Notes under the pieces: model-generated
What the model was told of the DNA's origin: nothing
Database searches by the model: none
The model's input: the letters and a program-made list of their open reading frames with translations, nothing else
Made by a program: the position numbers and the translations under genes
Part shown: piece after piece, positions 23,701 to 41,483 of the stretch
Numbering within the stretch: the first letter of the stretch is position 1
How the letters are laid out: each line of letters opens with the position of its first letter
Assembly (NCBI GenBank): GCA_030704615.1
Contig: CM060733.1
Location: 43,338,001-43,402,000, forward strand
Length of the DNA stretch: 64,000 nucleotides
From: Takakia lepidozioides
Taxonomy: Eukaryota > Plantae > Bryophyta
Direction of reading: 5' to 3'

Positions 23701-26500
23701 GGCTTTGATTTGGAGAAGGAACTCCTCCCCAAGTCCGGGATCCACTATTCTCAACTGCTTCAAGAAGGCGGACATCAGCTTCATCCTCCTTATCTCGTAC
23801 TCCTTCTTTATGGCTGCTCCAACACCTTTAGCAGTCCTTGGCTCTTCTGTTGTAGAGCGGTAGTACTCAGATTTCCCCTTCTCAGCGGCCTCTACGAGTT
23901 CTTGCTGCATATAACAACACTTGGATTAGAACACAGAGGATTACAAATGTGTTTTGAAGAAGATAAGAAGATGTGGGTTGGGCCATACCGCACACATGTA
24001 CTCCATAAATGCATCTCGGATCAACGAGTACCAGGTCCCTGCAGCTCTCCCTGTTTCGCACTTCTTGATTACATCAGGATGTAGCACTGTGCGGAACTCA
24101 TCAAGCTTCATCAAACCAATTATCTGAATACGGAAAAGTGTGTGGACCAAGCTTGTAGTAACATGTGATTTCTATGTCGATCTGCAAATGGGGAATACAC
24201 ATTGCATAGGTAAGAACTCTTTTACGTTTGGACTTGAAATGCGCACAACATGCAATTTGAAAGGCAGTGGGGTTTTTAGGATGTCCTACTTGTTCACGTC
24301 ATGCATAGCTGTCACAAGTCTCGCGATGTCGTTCCCAGGATCCAGAACCATTGCCTCTACAGCACAATGCTTGTCCTTGTCTTTTTGAATGGTGTTTCGC
24401 AATGTACCCCATCCAATCCAGCAGGCGATGCTTTCCGTCCCAGACATAGAACATGTGGTTGCAGAACTGTTGGGTGTTATGTCCAAGTAGCAGGGAGTCC
24501 TCGAACTCATCATTTGCATTCTTCCAGCAATCATCCCAGTTGTCCGTTATCTCTGGGCTCACTTTTGTGTTGTTACCATTTGTATCCTTCAGTGAGACGT
24601 AGAAAACTTGTGTACCCATTCTGTACCCGTGCACGAAATCTGTTTCCAACTTGGTAATGTCATGCGAAAGTGGAGGACGAACAACACGCATTGAGATCAT
24701 CCGGTAGAGAGGGATTTCAAGTCATCCTCCGGAGACGATCATGTCCCTAATAACCTCCTGGGAATTTACCTTCTGATATGACATAAGCTCTTTCACCTTG
24801 TCAAGGTAGTGCAATTCAGGCTCATTTGTGTCTTTGCTGTTCTCAGAACTCTTCGTGGAGTCGTCTCCTTCTCCAGAGCCCTTTGTTTCTGTTTATCCCT
24901 GCTTAGACTTTACATTTTTCTGCATTCCCAAAACTCACAAGAGCAACATTCAACTGGTGTTCAGGAAACAGACATTTTTAAACAATGATGATCGGTACCG
25001 ACCATCACTTTGTCTTCTAACAAAAGAATGGAAACTTTAGTTGGTTTCCCCATGCACGTTCACTCAGTTCTCACTAGACTGCGATGATCGGTGGCGACCA
25101 TCGCAATCTACAATTGGCAATGATGCACACAACAAGTTTGTCAAACTCATATTACAAATGACAGTCAATGAATAGTGATGATCGGTACCGATCATCATTT
25201 TCTGCATGTTCAGAAGAAGACTTCAGACACCCCGTTGTCTTTTAAAAAATTCAACTGATAGTGATGATTGGTGGCGATCATCAGTACCTGTCATTGAAAA
25301 CGACACACCCTAAAGCTTCAAATCACATTCGGAATCACAAGGATGATGCAAGCGATGATCGGTACCGATCATCACAACAAGACAACCCTGGGATGCACAC
25401 ACCCATGAGGTCTGAATGTGATGGTCGGCACCGATCGTCACTTTTCTGCAGAATCCCTTCTTTCACTCACTGAGCTTTTTAGCGAAGGAATGGACCTGGA
25501 AGCGATCATCGCCACCGATCATCGCTTTTGTGTCACTGCTATTCCTCCTATGAATTGCCTAGACCTCTTACATCCTAACACTTTTCAGTTTGCAAAGGGT
25601 TGGTCTCCTCTTTTGGATTCGGGTGTAGTGCCCAATCAGTTCAAAAAGTGATGATCCGTACCGATCATCACAATCAGACTGCCCTGGGAAGCACAACCCA
25701 TGAGGTCTGAATGTGATGGTTGGCACCGATCGTCACTTTCCTGCAGAATCTCGCCTTTCAGTGTATGAGCTTTTGAGCAAAGAAATAGATTTGGAAGCGA
25801 TGATCGCCACCGATCATCGCTTTTCTGTCACTGCAATTCCAGCTCTGAAGAAGTGGGATGGACCTGGTACATCCTAAAGTGTTTCATTTTACAAAGGGTT
25901 GCATTGCTATTTTGGATTTTGGGATAATATCCAGTCATTTCAGAAAGTGATGATCGGTACCGATCATCACAATCAAACTGCCTTGGGATGCATAACCCAT
26001 GAGGTCTGAATGTGATGGTCGGCACCGATCATCACTTTCCTGAAGAACCACGCCATTGCCAAGCTGGTTTGAACAAGAAGGGAATGGACCTGAAAGCGAT
26101 GATCGCCACCGATCATCACTTCTACGTCATTGCAAGATGCGACTTAAGTTCCCTGGCACTCTTGCATCACCATCAAATTGGCCTTCTAGGCTTACATATA
26201 GCAATGCCAAAGGTGATGGTCGGCACCGATCATTACTTTCGTCGTGAAACGTATACTTGTCTGCCTGCCTGCCTTCCTAAATCTACTGAACTACAACACC
26301 AACTACATTACTCTGTAAAGCGATGATCGCCACTGATCATCACTTTTCCCACATCTTCCGACCATCAATAAAGAGGAAGAAGAGCGTGTGAGACAACTTA
26401 CAGATCCCTTCGCCTTCTTCGGCTTCGTGGCTGCATCGCTCGGGTCACCCTCTTATGCTTTCCTCTTCCCTTTTCCATCGGTCTGAACACAAGATAAACC
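20770..26500 (-). pseudogene. Multi-exon gene encoding a ParB/Sulfiredoxin-like N-terminal domain fused to a beta-class N4C/N6A DNA methyltransferase-like domain (disrupted)
   Basis: IPLYRMISMRVVRP...FYVWDGKHRL (24422-24451) is ParB/Srx DGxHR-like. ADMVILDIPDG (21910-21940) resembles motif IV DPPY. Removing the GT-AG intron 21288-21382 gives RERTPAFMQTLLES...RVVDLTLSTG/ATYRACKVVGRSLFGMEGDTELF, which resembles motif X-I-II (KP..L...VLDPFxGSGTT..A...GR..IG.E.D). GT/AG sites predicted at about 26401/24921, 24289, 23988/23905, 23466/23398 and 23151/22781. Several in-frame stops. Confidence 0.7.
24986..26343. repeat. Array of 22-26-bp palindromes (consensus TGATGATCGGTACCGATCATCA), partly within a ~297-bp x3 higher-order repeat
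   Basis: 15 copies at about 24986, 25081, 25176, 25262, 25352, 25418, 25501, 25648, 25713, 25797, 25947, 26012, 26095, 26213 and 26319. Four more at 21775, 22812, 22907 and 23035. Confidence 0.95.
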
Positions 26501-27596
26501 ATGTTCTTGAATCCCAGATGGAAGGGAAAACATCCAGACTAATGAAAACAGTAGTATGGAGTGCTCACCATTTCTGTCTGATGTAGCGTTCGCAGACGTT
26601 CGCCGTCGCTACGACTGCGGTGACCTCACTCTCAGTTCCCACATGCTCTTCTGCTTGACCTGTCTCCACATTCACTTGCTGCCTAAGCCCTGCACCATCT
26701 TGCATGCGACGCCTCGTCATTTGCTCTCTTGATCTCAGCCTCTCTCTAAGCGATGTAAAATACAATGACTTCTTTCTCTTCCGAACCGAACAAGGAACCC
26801 TCTCCAGCTTGACTACCTTTCTTCCTCTGCGAGCAGAAACAAGAAAGATGAACAGACTCGCTTTCTTGCGCGGTTCCGTCGTTTTGGGAGTGTCTCTGGA
26901 ACCGTCGGATTCCCTCTTGCGTGTCCAATACGTGAATGTACGTTTTCAGTGGAAATGGCGTAACCTAATTGGGATAGCTGTTCCTTTACGCGGCTGTTTT
27001 GGGTTGTTGGCGTGTGCAAACATAAAATAGACATGTGTCTTTTTTGTGACGGCTTCGTTAATATCATCGTACATCGTCATAGATGAGGATTCTCAAAGTA
27101 GTTCGGATGAGGCCTACCTAGGATTTCAGGGAATATGCGTATGTAGAGAGTTCTGGGCCATTTGATGCATAATCCTGAAAGCTTCAAGATGGTCAGGCAT
27201 AGTGAATCTAGTCATGGGCGGACAAATGATGTAAGTACTTCAATTATCTTGCCATCATCCCTGCATCAGATCCTCTAGCAATCTTCAAGGAAGTCGGCGG
27301 GTTTTTATTGTTTTGGGGAAACTCTCAAAAATTGGTTGGATCATCTGTTAAATTTGCTCAGAAAACAATACAGATTGCAGTTCACACACGTTAATTTGAC
27401 AGCGGATTGTCAGGAACCGTCCCGCGTAACTTCACATGTGACTATATGGAATAACAGAATATGCACAATCTTCATAGAACGGGTGTTTCCGCCGCATGTC
27501 TTGTGCACATGCTTGCCCAGTGTGGTGCAGACCTGAGTCATCTGATTTCGCAAAGGAGCAGCTCAGGAGAGAGAACCCCCCGCGCGAGGACGTAAC

Positions 27597-30500
27597 ATGG
27601 CTTCCTCCGAAGCAAAGATCTTTTCTGACGACAAACCAGTGCCTTTCTCCAAAGATGCCCTTGACAATGGATTTGCAATTGTTCTAGAACATGTCTTGGC
27701 TACTCGGTTTGAGCTTCGGAATGGCTCCATCTTCTTGGAAAAAGTGTACAATTTGGACGGGAAGTTGTTGAAATACTCGTTCCAAAACCGTGATGAGACG
27801 GCTCATGTCAGCCAGTGGAAAGTGCGCCCTGGTAGATACAGAGTACTTGGAGAGCCTCGGCGAAAGTCCCTTGGATCATATGTGACGCCCGGGATTGCTG
27901 CTTCGGTCGTTGAAGACAAAAAGGAGGTGGTGGTGAAAAAAGAACAGACGTCATCCACTCCAATCGTGGAGCTTTTGGATTCGTCCGATGATGACATAAG
28001 TGAAATTCCCACTCCAGTCCTTGCTACGGTAGTTTTGGAAGCGGATGAAGAAAAGATTTGTAGTGTCATTCCAAAACTACGGGTGATGGGAGGAATGACA
28101 GGTTTCAAAAGTGAGTTGCAGGGAATTGATTGGGAATCTTTGAAGCAGGTGCCAGTGAAGTTCCTGCCAGAGACTTTTGATGGGGATATCATATTCGAGT
28201 TGCCTCCTCCTCTGCGAGTTGGAAGTATAACAAGCATAATGCACGGAATGGACAAGAAACACGATGGGCACCCATGGTGCAGAACAAAAACATCCAATAT
28301 TCAAAATGAAGACAAGCTTGTTTTCAAGAGAACAGTTTGCAATGGACACCTTAGGTGTGATAATTTGAATTGCAGGCACTTTCTTCAGTTTGGGGTTCAT
28401 AATCAAAGTGAGTGGGAGGGTCTCGCGGAAAATCCATTTAAGCCTGGGGCTACTCCTCCACCGACAAACACTTTCGTTTGCAAATTCTGCAGACTTGTAC
28501 TATCCTGCCTGGCACTGCGTGGAGCAAGAATGTACTATGTCGTCCACCGTTTGAAAACAATGATGCTTGTGTGCATTTTGGTTTCCATAACCATCCTATC
28601 TCGAAGGGGGATTACAGGGAGAGTGTTGAGACAGTTTCGAGGTTGATTAAACAAGAGTACGAGAGCAACCCATCCGCAACAACATCTGCAATTGCTCTTG
28701 CCGCAAGCAAGTCCTTCTTGGAAAGCCATATTTTGAGTGAAGGGGATTCTGTGGGGACTAAACTTGACGGTCCAGCATTCGACATTGTCATGGATCATTT
28801 CTCCACTTTAAGTTCACCTAACATTCGACATCAAATCAATGCATTGAGAATGGGCTCTGGGATCAGAGGCTACATAGACAACATTTTGGAATTGAAACGA
28901 TGGAGCAAATACGACTACATCCTGGATAATGTTTTTCCAAGTCAAGGTGCCACCAAATTATTTATTTTCAAAGTGTCGACTGCTGGGGAGGGCAGCGGGG
29001 TTAGCCTCGTGAAGCGGATGCAGAAGACTGGGGACCTACAGAATTATTTTCTTATGTTTGATCATGTGAAACGAATGAAAGATTGGATAACAATGGCTTA
29101 TCATGTGTACGATCCAGTGTACCAACGAATTATGACAACTGCAGTTTGTGACATGCAATCCGAGGATACAGAATCCCATAAGCTAATGTGGAATTCCCTG
29201 ATACGTGTTATGGGCTGCCATGGGGTGTCATCTCCAAATTTTGCTGGTTTCATGGCAGATAGTGCTTAGACGAATTTCAATGTTGTTCGAATTGTCTTCG
29301 GATCAGGCGACCCGAAAGTGCCAATGCAGGCAAGATAGCGTACATGTCTATTCCATTGGACACAATCACTGGAGAAACATACAAAGTCGGATATCAAACC
29401 AGAGATGCAGACACGACATCACAATTTGTGCAAAATTACAAAGATGCTAGAACAATGAAAGAGGCGGACACTTTGTTTCAGACAATTCGTGCTTGGTGGT
29501 TCTCTTCTGGAGCTGCATCGCTTGAGAGTATGAGAGCATTGGAAGATTGGCTGGTGTTTTGGCACTTCCGGTACAGACAGTGGGGAGCAGCCATGACAAT
29601 GGTGCGTGGCTTGTATTGCTTGCTTTATTCATACCGTTACTTTCCAAATTTTGCTCTGCTTGCTTTCTTTATGTTGTTCCCTGTCCGCTGTTCTGAAGTG
29701 TGGTTTTCCACTTTGCAGAACATGTCCATTGAGGAAATAGAGGACAGACCATCTTGCAATTTGGCAGAGACTGTGCACAACGCATGGTTGCAACAGTCTG
29801 GGAAACGAGGTCGGGATTTGTATGTGGCAACAACAGATGATCTGATACGTGCTTTGCAACAACAAACCAGGTACCGTGATTTCTTGCGAGGTGAGGTTGG
29901 TGATAAGGGTCCGGACAAACAAGAGTTGATGTTGCGTGCTGCGAGCAGATCTGGGGATCCAAGCAAGATAATATGGGTGGTGAGCATGTATGCCTAGAGA
30001 ACGCCACTTGTTTCTAGAGTTCCACATCTTGAAGGGGATGAGAGATTCGGCTCTTGGAAGAGGAAATTGAACACCCCACCTGGTTCGGATTCCGATTCGC
30101 ACAGGGCAGACCGTGATAACTTCTCGAAGCCTCGTGTTCCTCTGCATGACAGATCCATGTCCGAAACCTCCATTCTGGAGGCCTCCGTCACGACGGCAGG
30201 CTCCAGCATCAAATAGTACCACTGAAATGGTGCAGGAGATAAACTTCCCCCCTGATGTGCTCGAGTCTGTATGCCCCGACCACATTTGGCACATAGAACG
30301 CACAAGTGCAGGGTCTCGTGTGAAATGTACAGCGATCAAGGCAACTAATTTCAAAAAATGCACTTCATCTATATCCAGAGGCGGTGCCCGGACTCCTGCT
30401 CCGACTTTCACGGGTTTGATGCGTCCATACGGCCAAGCAAAAGCCAAGAACCACAAGTTCTGGTTCTGTGCAGACGATTGTGGTACATGTAAGCATGGAA

Positions 30501-31092
30501 CTGTGCGACCTTCTGTGGTGATGAAGCCAGCTCCTCCAACCGTTTGGCCCGTCAAGGTGGGAACACATCTCACAAGTTAGGAGATTGTAATGCTGGAGGA
30601 GGCAGGCTTTTCCCTTGCGAGACAACCCCAACTGCTTCTAGTTCCGCGTCTTGTCGGGTCCCTCTAGTAAATCCTCACTTGTGACCAACCAAACGAGATG
30701 GAAAGTTGGTTCGACGTTTCCCTCCAACCGTAGAACACTTCGGCAAAGTGGAGTCCGCAAGAATGCTCCAAGCTTGTGTTGCAAGCACCACGGAAGTGCC
30801 CGATCCAGGGTATGGCCGGATGTACACAATGATCACTTCGACATCTGCTGTTCATGACAGGGCATACAACATGACAGTTTCCAATTTCCCCAATTGCACC
30901 TGTCCTGATTTTGTGAATATGATATCAACCAGTTTGGGCAAGAGAGGAAAATTCATACCCTGCAAACATTTGTATTTCATATTTTTGAAGATGATGGTTT
31001 GCGATCCCAAGCATGACAACTTCGTTCACCAGGCCACTCTGAGTTTCAACGAGGTCGATACTCCATTGCAGCGGGATACAACACATAGGTAG
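27597..31092 (+). pseudogene. MULE-type DDE transposase with a GCM-like N-terminal Zn domain and a C-terminal SWIM finger (frameshifted)
   Basis: DGHPWCRTKTSN...KRTVCNGHLRC (GCM-like). DDE core: FLMFDHVKR, FMADSA, RTCLFHW (CxxH), CNLAETVHNAW. SWIM: YNMTV...CTCPDF...PCKHLYFI. Probable intron about 29602-29718. Stops and frameshifts present. Confidence 0.85.
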
Positions 31093-31751
31093 CATCAACT
31101 ATCACTTCGTCTATCTGGAATGTGGTGAATGTGCAATGTGGAATTTGCAATCTAAAATGTGTTTTTTATGGACTGTGAGTATGCAATGTGGTACGTGGAC
31201 GACCATGCTATGAAATGTGCAATTTGCAACATTGTCATGGAAATTCAATTCAAAAGCTTTGAGTGACAACTTTTAAAAGCACATGCATCATTGCACCTTT
31301 CGAAGTCTACATGTTTTCCTGTCGCTATGCACTGCAATCATCTTTTGAAGATGATCCCAATTCTCATTGTTATTTGGGGAGGAGGCAAGGTCTTCCCGTG
31401 GCAGCCTCTATGGCGCACATGTTGTGAGGATATTTTCTCGTCCTTGTAATTGTAAAAGTGAAACAAACAATTGTAATTGCACAATGTTGGATGCTACAGT
31501 TGTAGGCCTCATGGTAGTCTTCCTTGTATTCAGCCAAGGATTCCCTGCATTAATCCCACGGTCATAGGACCATCCTCGGTTATAGGCGCCGCATGTTCAT
31601 GCTAGCGACGCAGTGTCACTTCAGCATTTGTCGCCATATCAGCCTGATGACATCACACTCACGCCACGTTAGCATGGGTGCACGCTCACGCCACGTCACT
31701 CCTGCGTGAGTGTACACTCACGCGCAAGGCTCACGCCATTGCGTTGTTGCC

Positions 31752-32270
31752 CCAAGTGCATCTCTTATATCGAGGCCCAAGTGCAACCTCTAGGGTAGCT
31801 TATGCCGTTGGCCCAAGTGTGAAGAATTGAAATCTAAGACCAAGTGCTCTTTCCTACGTATCCAAGTGTGTGTCTTATATTAAGGCCCATCTAAGCCCAA
31901 GTGCAATCTCCTATGGATCTAAGTGCTTCTCCCATGTAGAGTCCCAAGTACGACCTACAGTGTCATCCAACACTCAATTTTGTAATCTAGTTGAATTTTC
32001 AGCGGCCAAAATTGTTCATATTTCTGTAATTCTCGGCCGTAGGTCCAAGTCGGTCGGTCGTTGGCCCAAGTATCCAATGACATCTAAGTCCAAGTGCAAT
32101 CCCCTATGCATCCAGAGACCCCATGTTGGAGAGATCTAAGGTAGCATGTGTCATTGGCCCATGTGTGAAGAATTGCAATCTAATTAAGCCTAAGTGCAAT
32201 CTCTTATGTATCCAAGTGCGACCTACAGTGTCCAATGTCACCTAAGTCCAAGTGCAATCCCCAAGCCCAC
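31752..32270. repeat. Degenerate repeat rich in CCCAAGTG motifs; target of the MULE insertion
   Basis: More than 10 (C/T)CCAAGTG motifs. The same sequence type (CTAGGGTAGC.T.TGCCGTTG.CCCAA) occurs on the left flank at 19992-20050. Confidence 0.7.
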
Positions 32271-32679
32271 TTTGCTATTTTATCTCCCTGTCAAGGCTTC
32301 ATACCTTCTTAATTATTTTGAAAACTTCTAGGGAACTTTCCTCCTCCATCTAGAACCTTCTAGATTCTATCATGTTACACTACCCGCCGCTTTCTTGCAA
32401 TCCCATAGAATTTCCATCTTTTCTACTATAATATAGGCATAGCGGCACGGCTTGGAGTTGGGGATTTGACTGTGGATTCCCAAGCCCGGCGATCGTACCG
32501 GCAGGCTGGCACTCGCACTTTCAACTCGCATCCTATGTCTAGTGTGTTCCCATACTTTTAGCTAGGTAGCATCTACGTGGACATTGTACAAGTCGCCACC
32601 TCTGCACTTAACCCCAAAAAATTTGCCACGTCCACGCCTAGGCAAAAATGAAAAAATAAAGCTGGTTCTTACAAGTGAA

Positions 32680-33560
32680 ATAGGGGTTTCTGTGCCTATT
32701 TACGTTCCTAAACCCTAAACCTTAATGCGAAATATGCACCGCTAATGTATATCTTCAAGCTGCAAGTTCCAAATATTTACCGCTTTGGTATCCTATAAAA
32801 ACAAAACAAAGTCATCATAACCAACACCATCGAGAACACAAATAACAAACAATAAGTGAACAATTTAATATAATGAGGGAAACAACGGATTTCGCCAGCG
32901 AAATAAATCAAGTTATCTGGATTTGCCAGCAAAATAGATCAAGGTATCGGATTTCGTCAGCGAAATTTCAAGGTATCGTTGCGTAGGTCATTATCCAATG
33001 GTTTCGTGGGCAAAACAAAATGAGTTGTGTTTGTTTCGCATATATGGGACGACCTAAGGTTGTTTTGTTTCGCTATCGAATTGTCACGTACTTATTACCC
33101 ATGCTTTCGTGGGCGAAACAAAATGAATTGTGTCTACATTCACATTTTTTTTTTTTAGTTTCGCATATTAGTGATTGCTACAAGTGTCAACAACACATGA
33201 ATTAAATATGCAACTATTAATCAACAAAGATGGCACTAATGGAAAATTCCTTATGCCCCAACATTACGTGGCTTGTGCTCACATGAGCACAAAATTCACA
33301 TTTTAGTTTCGCTAAAGCATTTTTCCAATAATATTCTTGGAATATGTGGCATATCCTCTTCTGCTCCTGTGAGCAGGCGCACAGAGGCTCACAACCTCCA
33401 TGTGCGCAGGCTAACGTCACTATGAGCAGGCAAACGTGAACAAAAGTAAATATTCAATATATTATTTGAATATTCTCTAAGATTTTACGCAAAACGAATT
33501 GTGCTCACGCCAAATGAGTTGCGAAACTTTTGCAAAAGTATGCTCACGTGAGCACAAACT
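32680..33560. repeat. Dispersed repeat related to the reverse complement of ~18770-19120
   Basis: TAATGCGAAATA, CAAGTTCCA and GCTTTGGTAT blocks and GTGCTCAC motifs are shared. Confidence 0.55.
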
Positions 33561-35120
33561 ATCTATTTTTGAGATTTTGGCAAAACTCTTGAAGTTTCGC
33601 GGGCGAAAATTGAGGTGTGTTTTTTTTGTGTGTTTTTTTGGGACCATACCAATGTTGGTCTGATATCTTGAATTGGAAATACCATAAGGGTCCTGGAATG
33701 CAATGCTAAATTTTCTAATAATGCAGCCCCTGATTTTTTCAAGTATGAATCTGGTATGCATAGAGTGGTTTAAAAAAAAAAAACAATCCAGATATGAGCA
33801 ATGGTATCTGAATGTCAATAACCTAGAAATATGAACTCGAAAATGGTATTAAAAATTAAAAATGGTACTAGTATCCAAATTCAAATTCAATATTGAAATG
33901 GCCATTTGAACTGTTCAGATGGCCATTTCAATATTCAAGAAAATCACAAGGGAAACCTGCTCATCTCATAGGATACCAACCCCTATACAATTATACATTG
34001 AATCAGAATTGCATCCATAGTGTCTCGCAAACGAAGATCAAAGTGTCATTGTTATAATAAAAACAACTAGTATATGCCCCTAGCCCTAAATCTCTACTCT
34101 ACATTACAATCTATATGTGCATATTAACATGATACGGTCCGAACAGACCTGCAGCGACGAGTCGAGCTCTGGTAGGGGGCGGGGAAAGGAGAACCCTAAC
34201 CGCCGCCTGTTAGGGTTTGGAGGGCTGCCAGGGAACTCGAGAACCTTCTGACAGGGTACTACAAATGTTTACGGGAACAGAGAACAGTATGTTAGGTTAG
34301 GAGAGACCCGGGTTGACGCCCGCCGAAATCCAGATACCAGACCAACACTGGAGGTCCCCAAATGTTTTTTGATCCAATCAGTCGACGCCATCGCATCTTT
34401 AGGTCCCCGCCCAAGACTTCAAATGCACCTAGGTTATAGCCTGCAGGCCTAGGATATTTGGAGCCATAGCCCAGAAGGGCGCGGGGTTTGGGAGCTCCTC
34501 TGGCTCCGCTTTCATGGCCCACTCCACCCTCAACCCTATCAAACCCCCGCCCTAGGTTTGACCCACACCCTCTTGGGAGTTTTCTCGAGCCGCGAGCTCT
34601 GCCGCCATCAAGGCTGCACTCCCTCGTGGCCCAAGCCTAGTGCTTCACATCAACCACCCCCAGGTTTGCCATCAGTCTACGTAGGATATTCTCTAAAGTG
34701 TGCCCCCACAGCATGGGCCGTTCCTTGGGGGCACAAAAAACACCTCCCAAAAAATACCTTTGTTCCTGCACTGCAGCCCTCATGGAAGGCCATTGATGTA
34801 AGGAGGGCCAATTAGAAGGGCACATTTTCAGGAGGGGCAACTACTAAGGGTCTCAAGGGAACCACCCCCTCGTGTTTTCGAGGGGCAATTCCTTTGTGGG
34901 GATGGTTCCATTGGGGGGAAATTGGGGGTGCCCATGGAACTAGGCCCCAAGAATCCTCCACAGTTGAAGCATGTATGACAAAGTATTCATTAAAGGAATG
35001 GGTGAAATGTATTTTTCTCTGGAAGTATATGCACCAACATGGACACCTACATCAATGTCCAGAGGACCCAGCAGATATTTATTCTCAATATGTCTCCACT
35101 AAAAGGCAAAAAGAAGGCAA

Positions 35121-41483
<6,363 letters not shown>

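Larger units (their letters stand above)
20051..31751. mobile_element. Mutator-like (MULE) DNA transposon carrying a transposase and a ParB-methyltransferase-like cargo gene
   Basis: Flanking duplication GCCCCAAGTGCA (20039-20050, 31749-31760), compatible with an 8-11-bp TSD. Imperfect TIRs rich in GTGGCGTGAG/CTCACGCCAC. Two divergent genes inside. Confidence 0.8.

Noticed and set aside
29629-30573. 314-aa minus-strand ORF
   Set aside because: Antisense to the transposase exons, with no recognisable domain.
34144-34600. Possible CAG...CTG-terminated MITE
   Set aside because: The TIR match is poor and there is no TSD.
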